This document shows positions 1-12,138 of a DNA stretch of 64,000 nucleotides, piece after piece (the first letter of the stretch is position 1; each line of letters begins with the position of its first letter). The position numbers were made by a program, and so were the translations under genes. The stretch is from Octopus vulgaris (lineage: Eukaryota), in the NCBI GenBank assembly GCA_951406725.2, contig OX597821.1, forward strand, positions 17,484,001-17,548,000. The letters are read 5' to 3'. The notes under the pieces were generated by a model that saw only the letters and a program-made list of their open reading frames with translations, was not told the DNA's origin and did not search any database.

Positions 1-980
1 CCAGGAGACAGAAATCAATTGGTTGACTGTCTCACACACACAAACACAGAGGCATCGAAGATAATTCGGTATTGCTTATTGTTTGTAGCTATTTTATCAT
101 GTGTTGCCAATGTTCTTTAGAAAGGTATCAGTATCCATATCTACATTCTGTAAAAAAAAAAAAAAGCAAATCTTTTAGTTTAATTTTTGTTTTTTGCTAT
201 ATAAATACATAACGCAGAATTTTTTTTTTTTCGTAAAAAATTGTCAATATATATTTTTGAAGATCTAAAAGTCTAATGAGATCGACTAACGTATGTAAAA
301 TAGTGACATTAAGCTATATTTTAACTTTATTCGGGAAATAAAAACGAAATAAGTGTTCAAAACAAAAAATAATTATTCTTATAGGCTCGAACCTCCACTA
401 CTAAATCTTCCGTGTGTTTTTAACTACGTTAACATATTTCAATAAAATATAACCATATCCCCGTAAAACAAACTAGATAAATCAATCATCGATTGCTTTT
501 TTTTAAATAAAAATACAAATCCATGTAAAACTAAAATATCCTTTCCTTCGGATAATCTAATGGATGGTAAATGAAAGACTGGAATAATTTTTCAATGGGG
601 ACTTTGAAATCTGCTCACCGAAGTGAATCACATGATATCCAATATGGAAGGTGGGCGGTAGATACTCTGCACCAAGTCAGATCTATTTTCTATGTATTTA
701 AGAATCTACAAACGGTTAGCTATTTCTTTTTATTTTATTCCGACTCCCACCTAATTCTCGATTGACCCTTAGTATAATTTTTTTTGTGTGATTGTCCTTT
801 GTCCCTTTTTTTTTTAAATTTATGAACTGCTAAATAAACATTTCTCCTTCCTCACTCACAGCCACCGATCTTTTCTCTCTAACAACAACAACCTGTGAAT
901 GTCTTTCTGTATGACAACACCTACTATTTTGTTTTGCATAATCGTTGATCATTCATTCATACACCACACACATTATATAC

Positions 981-1030
<50 letters not shown>

Positions 1031-1033
<3 letters not shown>

Positions 1034-1338
1034 ATAATAAAGGGTGAAATTAATTAATTTGGAATAATCATTAATTTCACCAAGTAGAGTTCGGCATGTA
1101 AAAGCCCCATTCAAGGAATGTTTAAGTAATACTAAGTAATTAAGGGTTTAGCAACGATTTGCCTCACCACACACCGAATTTAGAAATAGCAGTCAAAGAG
1201 TTTTGGCTATTCTTTCTACTTAAAAGTTTTGGCTATTCTTTCTACTTTTAAGTAGAAAGAATAGCCAAAACTCTTTGACTGCTATTTCTAAATTCGGTGT
1301 GTGGTGAGGCAAATCGTTGCTAAACCCTTAATTACTTA

Positions 1339-1342
<4 letters not shown>
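1031..1342. mobile_element. Foldback element in (TA)n, family F1 (Penelope-like pseudo-LTR candidate)
   Basis: An unpaired segment at 1031-1128 is followed by inverted arms 1129-1227 / 1244-1342. (TA)n lies on both sides. It is homologous to 60855-61280. Confidence 0.7.
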
Positions 1343-1385
<43 letters not shown>

Positions 1386-1911
1386 ACACACATGTATACG
1401 CGAGTTTATTTTCCCCTTTTCTGTTTTCTTCAACTAATATACGTTTTAAACATCCTCCAGTTGTAGACAAATAGTTTTCTCTTTCTCTTTTTTTTAAACC
1501 TTAGTTATTGATTTCTTACATGATGTGCTCCGTTCTGTTCATTCTGTTATTATTGCAGTTGTTATCTCCTCTCTCTCCTAACATGTTTAGTAACATTACT
1601 GTTGTATGTTTACGTACCGCTGTTAGAATACTTCCATCAGAATAACTAACTTATTTATTTACTTTGTTGGTATTAACAGACAATAATTATATTTATACGT
1701 AAACTATAGAAACCTATCATTAAAAAGAAGATATTAATTCATATCCAGAAAGCGATACATTTACTGACACGTACTAAAATGTTGATGTTTATTTGAGAGG
1801 AGGCGTGGCATATCACCTGCTCTCCTCTTTCATATATTAAATATATTTACTATGAAAAAAATTCTTTGGAATTCATTTGCCAGTATTATTTAGCATAATG
1901 GCTTGCACGGG

Positions 1912-1951
<40 letters not shown>

Positions 1952-2197
1952 CAGTGAGTCTTCGTCTTTCGGCCATGGTCTCGATTTAGCACGTTCACTT
2001 GCGATTTTTACTTGTTAATAGTCAGTGAAGAACAGATTTAACACCCCACCACATATTAACCTCCCACCCTTTCGTCCTAAAGAAGGGAATGATCACTGGA
2101 TAATGCAGTACCGAATTCACTATGTCTGGAGAGAAAACAGATTTCTACAGCTGGAATGCCTTTGATAAGTCAAAGATGACTTAATACTTTGAGTTAA

Positions 2198-2383
2198 GGC
2201 TGCGAGCTGGCAGAAACGTTAGCACGCCGGGAGAAATGCGTAACAGTATTTCGTCTGTTTTAACGTTCTGAGTTCAAATTCCGCCGTGGTTGACTTTGCC
2301 TTTCATCATTTCGAGGTCGATAAATTAAGTATCAGTTGCCCCCTCCCCAAAAATTTTGGGCCTTATGCCTAGAGTAGAAAAGA
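2198..2383 (+). mobile_element. SINE-B with internal deletion
   Basis: GGCTGCGAGCTGGCAGAAACGTTAGCACGCCGGG head. AATACTTT flanks both sides. Confidence 0.8.
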
Positions 2384-3580
2384 ATACTTTACTGAGCAGA
2401 ATATATGAAGTAACATTAAAAATGAAAATGCTTCAAAACAATATATTTTAGAGAAAGACAAACAAAACCGAATTCATACTTCGTTTTCGTGAAGTAGTTA
2501 GTCTCTTCTCGTCATGACTTACAAATATAGATCAAAGCTCATATATGAACTTGTTAAATAGAATAGACTATCTTCCCACCTACAAGACAGCTGAAATCCT
2601 CCCACAAAAGTATCGTTGTTATTCAACAATGTTTGTCTATATATAATATATTTTAAATGGTTCGATGGGCGGTATAAGGGAGTGCATCATGCTGTGAACT
2701 ATAAGACTAAACATAAACAAATCTTTAGATTTCTCAGAATCATTCTATCAGCACCAAAATAAAAACATAGAGAGAAAATCTTTAAACAGCAAACTTTGAG
2801 AACTATGGCCACCACCACCACCAGGTCAAATACAGTATAATTTGTAGTATATCTTTTTCATTCACACAGACATTTGTAATGACAACATATATTTTAAAAA
2901 AAAGCTAAGAATAATTGTATGAGTAAATTATTCCATATATTAATACATACATATATATATAGATAGATATATATCTTCACATTCTGAAATATTTAAGTAT
3001 CTTCAAATTACATTTTGAAATAAGATTTCAAGCAAACATTTGTATTAAATCATTTTTGCAGTGTGCCTTTAAGATTTCTTTTATTAATACTTCACATAGA
3101 AATGATATTGTTCAGATTCCGGTCACCTCTTATGAAGCAGATTTGTAATCACATGTGTTTCTTGCTGACACCATCCCATCTTTCTTTATTTTCGTTTTTT
3201 TTAACATAGCAGTCTGTGTGGCTACATTATTTAATATGTCCTTACTTTTAAGATGTTAAGGTGTGATTTGAGGAAGATTAAGCAACTGTTTCTTACAGAT
3301 CAATGATGCTCTTGTTAACTTGTTTCCCTTGATGTCAGCCTCTAAGAAATAGACAGACTTGTGGTCCAGGGCATTCCAGCAATGAGCATCTTGTCTTTTA
3401 TTCAGGCAAATGCATCTAGTTTTCTCTTCTTAAATTGGTAGGGTGTAATTTTAGGAACCTTTGGCTGTTATTTCCATGATCATAAAAGACTATATATTAT
3501 ATGGTAGACTAAGATATATAATGATAATGAAATTATTGTGTATAGTGCTCAGGTGCACTACAAAGGTGCATGTACAATAC

Positions 3581-3895
3581 TCTTTTACTTGTTTTAGTCA
3601 TTTGACTGTGGCCATGCTGGAGCACTGCCTTTAGTTGAGCAAATTGACCCCAGGACTTATTCTTTGTAAGCCTAGTACTTATTCTATCTGTCTCTTTTGC
3701 CGAACCACTAAGTTACGGTACGGTGACATAAACACACCAGCATCAGTTGTCAAGTGATGTTGGGGGGACAAACACAAACACATATATATACATATACATA
3801 TATATGACAGGCTTCCTTCAGTTTCCGTCTACCAAATTCACTCGCAAGGCTTTGGTCGGCCCGAGGCTATTGTAGAAGGCACTTGCCCAAGGTGC
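3581..3895 (-). mobile_element. SINE-A, 5' truncated
   Basis: Reverse complement of the SINE-A body and tail. Confidence 0.85.
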
Positions 3896-4539
3896 TAAAA
3901 GTCAGGAAAGTGAACAGTGTATGAGTCATGATGTACACATGTGCATGCATATGGAATGTGGGGGATATCACATGTAGTGTTGGTGAATTTCAGGAAGCAT
4001 GCAGGTTTTAAAGGAACATCAAGAAAGAGGCCACATCTGCTTACCAAACTCCTCCTTAATGAATACAAAATACTTTGCATCCTACTTCAATTGTTAGGGA
4101 ACTCCACCTCCTGGAACATGAAAGCAGTCTTGAAACATCTTGCCAATTTTCTCTCAGAGGTCCTTCATGTAACATCTATGTGTTTCAATGTAAATATGTA
4201 TTTGAAACAATCATTATCATTTTAATGTCTATTTTCTTTTCGCACCCTGCCCACCCCAATCTTGGCAAATGCTGACTTGGAATACATGAACAACAACAAC
4301 AATAATAATAATCGTATATATTTTTATGTATGATATTACCTTCAAAAACATTGAAGTAAATAACTGACTTTTCCACTTTTTAACTTCCCTTGAGTCATCA
4401 ATTCTCTCACATTTTATCTTTGTTGAATTCATATTCCCTATATATACACGCACACACACAAACATACATACACACACATATACACATGTATGTATATATA
4501 CATGTGTGTGTGTATATATATATATATGCACACACACAC

Positions 4540-4571
<32 letters not shown>

Positions 4572-4697
4572 GTGTTGCAGTTATTTGTTCCATCTATTAT
4601 GTGTGCCTAATTTCTCTCAGCTTACACAGCTTGTGTGTGTGTGTGTGTGATGTTGTTAAAGCACACTACTCAATATTATTAACTGTATGAATATATA

Positions 4698-4868
4698 GGC
4701 GCAGGAGTGGCTGTGTGGTAAGTAGCTTGCTAACCAACCACATAGTTCTGGGTTCAGTCCCACTGCGTGGCATCTTGGGCAAGTGTCTTCTGCTATAGCC
4801 CCGGGCCGACCAATGCCTTGTGAGTGGATTTGGTAGACGGAATCTGAAAGAAGCCTGTCATATATATG

Positions 4869-4927
<59 letters not shown>

Positions 4928-5121
4928 TTGTCCCCCTAGCATTGCTTGACAACCGATGCTGGTGTGTTTACATCCCAGTCACTTAGCGGTTTGGCAAAAG
5001 AGACCGATAGAATAAGTACTGGGCTTACAAAGAATAAGTCCCGGGTCGATTTGCTCGACTAAAGGCGGTGCTCCAGCATGGCCGCAGTCAAATGACTGAA
5101 ACAAGTAAAACAGTAAAGAGT
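4698..5121 (+). mobile_element. SINE-A, full length: tRNA-like head, CORE-like segment, internal (TA)n(TG)n, (GAGTAAAA)n tail
   Basis: A box TGGCTGTGTGG, B box GGTTCAGTCCC and CTTGGGCAAGT core-like motif. More than 20 homologous copies occur in the window. Confidence 0.9.
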
Positions 5122-5618
5122 AATATGCAGGAAAAGATACAAACTATTTAATATGTTATTGGTTTCACTGTCATTGTAGATGTTTGTGTGTATGTATGTA
5201 CGTATAAGTTTGTGTATATCTGAGTGAGTGTATATTTATCTTGTCTTGACATGTGCTCTCTGATGGTGAGAGTATAAGTCACCATTTATACAAAATGTTG
5301 TTAGCTTACAACTCTCTCTGAAAACTTTTCTTGGTTGTTTGTTGTTCAGTAAACTAAGGGAAAATATTAAACTTCCTTGGAAACAGAGGAAGGTTAACAA
5401 CTGGGTGAATATCAAGCTATAGAAAAATATGCCTCGACTAGGTTTCATCTGACCCATAAACGCATGGAAAAGTGGGTGTTAAAAAGACAAGAAAGTGATT
5501 ATGGCAATATATTATGGAACTAGTGTCTGAAATGTTAGAAACTCTTTTCATTACCTTTCAGGCTTGTGAAAACTTGCCCTCTTTTGTTTTTCTTGTTTTT
5601 GATCATTCATATATATAT

Positions 5619-5679
<61 letters not shown>

Positions 5680-5684
5680 ATATA

Positions 5685-6265
5685 TCATCATCATCATCAT
5701 CATCATCATTTAGCGTCCGTTTTCCATGCTAGCATGGGTTGGACGGTTCAACTGGGGTCTGGGGAGCCCGAAGGCTGCACCAGGCCAGTCAGATCTGGCA
5801 GTGTTTCTACAGCTGGATGCCCTTCCTAACGCCAACCACTCCGAGAGTGTAGTGGGTGATTTTATGTGCCACCGACACAGGTGCCAGACGAGGCTGGCGA
5901 ACGGCCACGCTCGGATGGTGTTTTTATGTGCCACCGACACAGGTGCCAGACGAGGCTGGCAGACGGCCACGCTCGGATGGTGTTTTTATGTGCCACCGAC
6001 ACAGGTGCCAGACGAGGCTGGCAGACGGCCACGCTCGGATGGTGTTTTTATGTGCCACCGACACAGGTGCCAGATGAGGCTGGCGGACGGCCACGATCGG
6101 ATGGTGTTTGTTACGTCCCCAAAGCACGGAGGCCAGTCTATGCGGTACTGGCTACGGCCACGTTCGGATGATTTTCTTGTGTGCCACCGGCACTGGTACC
6201 ACAAAGATACAAATTCCATTTATGTTCATCTATTTTGATTTGTTTTGATTTGATTTGATTTTTTT
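5685..6265 (-). mobile_element. 3' UTR fragment of the same RTE family, inverted relative to the 6484 copy
   Basis: (TCA)n at 5685-5708 is followed by TTTAGCGTCCGTTTTCCATGCTAGCATGGGTTGGACGG, nearly the exact reverse complement of 8603-8641. Confidence 0.88.
5860..6110. repeat. 62-bp minisatellite, about 4 copies, inside the RTE 3' UTR
   Basis: GTGCCAGA recurs at 5881, 5943, 6005 and 6067 with near-identical units. Confidence 0.9.
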
Positions 6266-6285
6266 TTGATTTTTTTTGATATATA

Positions 6286-6365
<80 letters not shown>

Positions 6366-6428
6366 TTATATATATATATATTATGTGTGTATATATATAT
6401 ATATATAATATATTATATATATATATAT

Positions 6429-6472
<44 letters not shown>

Positions 6473-6483
6473 TGATCAAAAAA

Positions 6484-8090
6484 CAGGGAAAGCCCCAGGC
6501 CCATCAGGAATTACTGCAGAGATGCTCAAAATATCTGGTAGTGTCGGCTATAGCCTAGTCACCCGTATAGTTAACAAGGTGATACACGAAGGAGTCATTC
6601 CCAATGACTGGTGTAGCAGCATAATAGTCAGCTGCTACAAAGGTAAAGGTGACGCCCTAGATACAAATAACTACAGGGGTATCAAGCTGCTGGATCAGGT
6701 AATGAAGGTTACAGAGAGGGTTATAGCCCAACTAATTAGAGAGAGAGTTAGCCTAGATCAGATGCAGTTTGGGTTCGTGCCAGGGAAAAGTACTACTGAT
6801 GCTATTTTCATGGTAAGACAGCTGCAGGAGAAATACCTAGCCAAAGACAAGCCCCTATACCTGGCTTTTGTTGATATGGAGAAAGCCTTCAACAGGGTCC
6901 CCCGATCCCTCATCTGGTGGTCAATGAGGAAACTAGGGATAGATGAATGGTTAGTGAAAGCTGTACAAGCCATGTACAGAGACGCTGCTAGTAAGGTGAG
7001 GGTTGGCATCGAGTACAGTGAAGAATTCAGGGTAGAGGTTGGGGTCCACCAAGGTTCAGTCCTCAGTCCCCTCCTATTTATCATAGTCCTCCAGGCAATA
7101 ACAGAGGAATTCAAGACAGGATGGGAGCTCCTCTATGCTAATGACCTTGCTCTAATTGCTGAGTCTGTATCAGAACTAGAGGAGAAGTTTCAGGTATGGA
7201 AGCAGGGTTTAGAATCGAAGGGCCTTAGAATCAACCTAGCCAAAACCAAAGTCCTAATAAGTAGGAAGGTAGACCAATCACAAACGCCTTCAGGTAGATG
7301 GCCCTGCTCGATCTGTAGAAAAGGGGTAGGTAGAAACTCTATAAGATGCACCAAGTGTAAGCTATGGACACATAAGAGGTGCAGCAATGTCAAAGGAAGG
7401 CTAACTAGGAAGATGGTTTTTGTATGTGGCAGATGTTCAGGAACAATAAACACTGAAAATGCTCTGAGACCAACTTCCGTCACTTTCCAGGGAGAAAAAC
7501 TAGAAGTAGTTGATAGTTTCTGTTACCTAGGTGACCAAGTCAGTAGCGGGGGCGGGTGTGCTGAAAGTATAACTGCTAGAGTAAGAATAGCCTGGGCAAA
7601 GTTTAGAGAGCTCTTACCCCTGCTGGTGACAAAAGGCCTCTCGCTCAAAGTAAAAGGCAGACTGTATGATGCATGTGTACGTACAGCCATGCTACATGGT
7701 AGTGAAACTTGGGCTGTGACTGCTGAGGATTTGCGTAAGCTCGCAAGAAATGAAGCTAGTATGCTCCAATGGATGTGTAATGTCAGTGTTCATAATCGAC
7801 AGAGTGTAAGTACCTTGAGAGAAAAGTTGAACCTAAGTAGCATCAGTTGTTGTGTGCAAGAGAGACGTTTGCGCTGGTATGGTCATGTGATGAGAATGGC
7901 TGAAGATAGTTGGGTGCGAAAGTGCCACACCCTGGCAGTTGAGGGGACCTGTGGAAGAGGTAGACCCAGGAAAACCTGGGTCGAGGTGGTGAAGCACGAC
8001 CTTCGAACTTTAGGTCTCACCAAGGAAATGACCAGAGACCGAGACCTTTGGAAGTATGCTGTGCGTGAGAAAACCCGGCAAGACCAGTGA
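6484..8090 (+). pseudogene. RTE ORF2 remnant: open frame, but no endonuclease domain and catalytic YADD changed to YAND
   Basis: TAT GCT AAT GAC at 7134-7145. The ORF-track start at 6387 is only read-through of the (TA)n tract. Confidence 0.85.
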
Positions 8091-8660
8091 GAACAGTCAA
8101 AATCAAAATCAAACCAAATCAATACATATATCAGAAAGCAGAACCAAATTGAGGTCGATCAACATCAGGGCCCCCGTGCAGGTGACACGTAAAAGCACCA
8201 TCCGTTCGTGGCCGTTTGCCAGCCCTGTCTGGCCCCCGTGTTGGTGGCACGTAAAAGCACCATCCGTTCGTGTTTGTTGCCAACCTTGCCTGGCCCCCGT
8301 GCCGGTGACACGTAAAAGCACCATCCGTTCGTCGCCGTTTGCCAGCTCTGTCTGGCCCCCGTGCCAGTGACACGTAAAAACACCATCCGCACCATCCGTT
8401 CGTGTCCGTGTCCGGTGACACGCCAGCCTGTGCCTGTTGCACGAAAGCACCATCGTGTGTCGCCAGTGGCACGTAAAAACCATCCATTCGCACCCACTAC
8501 ACTCACGGAGTGGTTGGCGTTAGGAAGGGCATCCGGCCGTAGAAACACTGCCAGATCTGACTGGGCCTGATGAAGCCTTCCAGCTTCACAGATCCCAGTT
8601 GAACCGTCCAACCCATGCTAGCATGGAGAACGGACGCTAAATGATGATGATGATGATGAT
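6484..8660 (+). mobile_element. 5'-truncated RTE-clade non-LTR retrotransposon (RT, PHD finger, 3' UTR with tandem repeats, (TGA)n tail)
   Basis: The ORF carries RT motifs KAPGPSG, YKGKGD...NYRGIKLL, QFGF.PGKSTTDAIF, FVDMEKAF, GVHQGSVLSPLLF and LLYAND, plus the RTE C-terminal RRLRWYGHV..GRGRPRKTW. The stop is at 8090 and the (TGA)n tail at 8641-8660. Confidence 0.93.
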
Positions 8661-8680
8661 ATATATATATATATATATAT

Positions 8681-8875
8681 GTTGCCAGTACTGCCTGACT
8701 GGCACATAAAAGCACCCACTACACTCTCGGAGTGGTTGGCATTATGAAGGGCATCCAGCTGTAGAAACTCTGCCAGATCAAGATTGGAGCCTGGTGCAGC
8801 CATCTAGTTCACCACTCCTCAGTCAAATCATCCAACCCATGCTAACATGGAAAGCAGATGCTAAACAATGATGAT
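8681..8875 (+). mobile_element. Short RTE 3'-end fragment. Similar fragments lie at about 10845, 11905, 14700, 23440, 30226, 31380, 35612, 55410, 56107, 58681 and 60153.
   Basis: Shared GTGGTTGGCATTA(G/T)GAAGGGCATCCAGCTGTAGAAAC...CCAACCCATGC(T/C)A(G/A)CATGGAA plus a (TGA)n tail. Confidence 0.8.
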
Positions 8876-9050
8876 ATATATATACATACATACACACACA
8901 CATATGCATACATACATCACCTAACCTAATGTCACATTCTCAATAAATGCTATTATTCTAGCATTTCCATAGAGTTCCTAACTAATATTTCATCAGAAAA
9001 TTACTATTTGTAAATCTCACAATGAGAGATATTCAGCAACAGTACTTTGG

Positions 9051-9272
9051 AGTAAAGATTTTTTGCCAACATAACATGGCAGTCCTGGTTTAGGACGAAT
9101 GTTGCTGTAATTTAGCCCCAGGAGACATCGTCTCCAGCTGGCTATACAACACAATATAAGGACACAGATTGTGTTGTATAGCCAGCTGGAGACAATGTCT
9201 CCTGGGTTTAAATTACAGCAACATTCGTCCTAAACCAGGACTGCCATGTTCAATTGGCAAATAATCTTTACT
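9051..9272. repeat. Long inverted repeat (about 105-bp arms, 12-bp spacer)
   Basis: 9051-9155 is the reverse complement of 9168-9272 with few mismatches. Confidence 0.9.
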
Positions 9273-12138
9273 TCATATTTCATCATTTACATATTTCTTT
9301 TGATTAGCAGCCTTCTTAGCTGCTCCTGGGTCTTCATCTCTATCTCACAATTATAATGTTTATCAAGGCACCAAGCTCCAGATGCATACTGTATGTTCAA
9401 GTAAAAGTATCTCTGTATCATAAAGTCTATTTTTGCTATTTATTTTATACAGTCTTTATGTTTTCATTAACCCCTTCATTGTGAAATTAAATTTCACGGT
9501 TATTCCAGTAATTTTGCCATGGATGGACGGGTCTTCTGCAACACTATGTATCACCAATTCATCCTCTACCACTTCCCAAGTTTTCCTTGGTCTCCCTCTT
9601 CTGCAAGTTGCATATCTTTATACAGTAGTCATCTTCTGTTCACGTCACATATCCATTCCAGCACAGCCTTCTCTCTACCACACTGCACCTGTTTCCTTTT
9701 ATACCCAGATTTTCTCTCAGCTCATTTATTCTCTGGTGTCCATGCACATTCACATTAAACACCTATTGGAGCAAGCTGGCTTAATTTCTTTCTAGTTATT
9801 GCAGGTTGCCTGCATTCAAGGCTCATGTCTTGCTACCATGCAGTATCACAGTTCTAACATACACTCTACACTTTGCTCTGTGAGAAAAAGGGCCTTTATT
9901 GCCTTTAATGGTAATAGCATCCTGAAATTTTTTTTAGCTCAACCCATTCTTACTCTGGCTTCTATATTTTCTGGACCATGAATTCTACTTCTTTTACCTA
10001 GATAACAGAGGTATTAACTTCTGGTGAGTCAACAGAGCATCTAAGAGAATCTATTTCCAATATATACTTCATACATATTACTCTTGTACATCTACCACAC
10101 AAAAAAGCTTACCTTCTTCTTTAGCTGCATAAAAGTGTTGAGCAGAAAATGATGACATTTCCTGTCAACATATACACCAAGTGTATATTCAGTTGTACAT
10201 TTTGATCAGTGGCTTAACTTGAGGTCATCATGGAGATGTGATAAACATACCACACCATTATATTAATTTTTTTCTCTTTCACACCCATTCTCTGGTTTTC
10301 TCTCTTCTTCTGATGAAGGACTATTACACCATTATATTAATTTTTTTCTCTTTTCTTCTGATGAAGGACTAACATCTGAAATATCAAGACACTTTTTCTT
10401 TCCATTGAAGCATTAAGCTAATGCCTTATTTGTTCAACCTTGTCCCTCCTGTTTTGATTTTTTAATGATCATTGTATCATTGTGTATGTGCATCTCTCTC
10501 TCTCTCTCTCCTTCCCCTGCTACTGCAGCCTACCCAAACATAAACACATAATCTCTCACTTCCTCTGTCTCATGCATCTCTCACCGACATATTCATCACT
10601 CCCTCCATCCACTCTTCAACCTTTCCCAATCTTTACGGGTGTCGCTTACCTCCATCTCTCGTTTCCCCTATCTCATTCCTCCAACACTCCTGCAAACCCA
10701 CACACTTCTAGTTTCTCCACTTCCACCTTCTCCCTTCGTACCTTGAAGTGCCACCTGGACACCTCATCATCACTTTATCTCTTCTTGTACCTTAACCCTT
10801 ATCTAGCTTAAGGGTGCATCCCCCATCCCCCTCTGGAATGGTGTTTGTGAGTTGCTTGGTGACTGTAGAAACCATTCCAAAGCAGACACTGGAGTGCAAC
10901 GCAGTCCCGTAACACATTAGATTCATGTCAAACTGTCCAACCCATGCAAGCATGGAACATGAATGTTAAATGATGATGATGAGCATTGCATACTTGTATA
11001 TCTATGTACAGATGTGTATACATGAATATATATGTACATGTATGTATACGAGCCTCATCTATGAGATGACAAAGTACTGAGATGATTAGCAATACATGAG
11101 ACCCATCTATCTTAACAGAAAATGAAGTCATAAAAGCATATCACATATGTCTATTCCACTGTCAAGCCCTCCCCACAACTCATCTTTCTAACACCCATCT
11201 TCCCATTACTCTTCTAACTACCACATTATATACTCAGCTGCTGCAATTGTATAAGAGCAGAACTGCAGATGTTTCATCCCACTTTTGCGCCACTAGTTAT
11301 CCCTCTTCTTGGAGCCACCCCATTATTCATCACCCATATCCTGCATTCTCAATATCACCCCTAACCACTTTATTTTCCACTGAGCAGCTCGTAACTGCCA
11401 TTGTCTGCCCATCACCATCACTGTTCATCACTTGCTATATCCCCACCTAAATGTCTCTGACCTCCATCTCTGTTACTGTGCATCTCTCTCTCACCCTACC
11501 CACCAACATGCATACTTCCCACCATCTCATATTTCATCTGCCTACAATTCTACTTTACTGTTGCTCTCCACAGCCCTTGTATCTATTGCCACTGATAACC
11601 TTCTCTTCCCTGGCCCTCCCCTATTTTCCTTAACCTTCCTCCCAAAACTGAGATTTGCCATTGACCAGACTGCCACCCTTGTTCACCACTTACTGCATTT
11701 ACCTGATCGTCTGTCCTCTCCTCTCCTATATTCACCTTTTTGTACTTTGAGAGTATGCTCTAACACCTCATCATCACCATCTTTTGTCCCTTTCCAGGTG
11801 AGGTAGCCATGTGTCTCCTCTACAAGATACCCATTTCTGTTCCTCTGTCATACTTCAGCCTCTCAACACCACCCTTAATACTGCACCCCAACTCAGTCAA
11901 AGGGTCTTGTCTTGCAAGTTATTTAGTGACCCCATTAATATCAGTGCCATGAAAAAAAGCACCCTGCACACTGTAAGGTGGAGGACATTATAAAGATTAT
12001 CCAGCCTTAGAAACCATACCAAAACAGACATCAGAGCTCAGGGCAGTCTTGACTTGTCATATCTTGTCAAACCATCCAACTCATGACAGCATGGAAGACG
12101 GATGTGTGTGGGTGGGTATGTGTGTATATATTTCTTTA

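Noticed and set aside
3895-4190. Possible LINE 3' remnant or 94-aa ORF
   Set aside because: Too degenerate to assign a family, with no diagnostic motif beyond a short SFKT-like stretch.
4229-4952. Numerous YI/HT/CV-rich ORFs and recurring MSSNARGTN/MTTDAGVF ORFs across the window
   Set aside because: They are translations of microsatellites and SINE-A copies, not genes.
5860-6110. Regularly spaced repeats resembling a CRISPR array (also 8170-8480, 18830-19100)
   Set aside because: The units are contiguous with no unique spacers, there are no cas genes, and they lie inside a eukaryotic LINE 3' UTR.
6387-8090. 567-aa ORF as an intact active RT or host gene
   Set aside because: The N-terminus is (TA)n read-through, the endonuclease domain is absent, and the catalytic motif is YAND.
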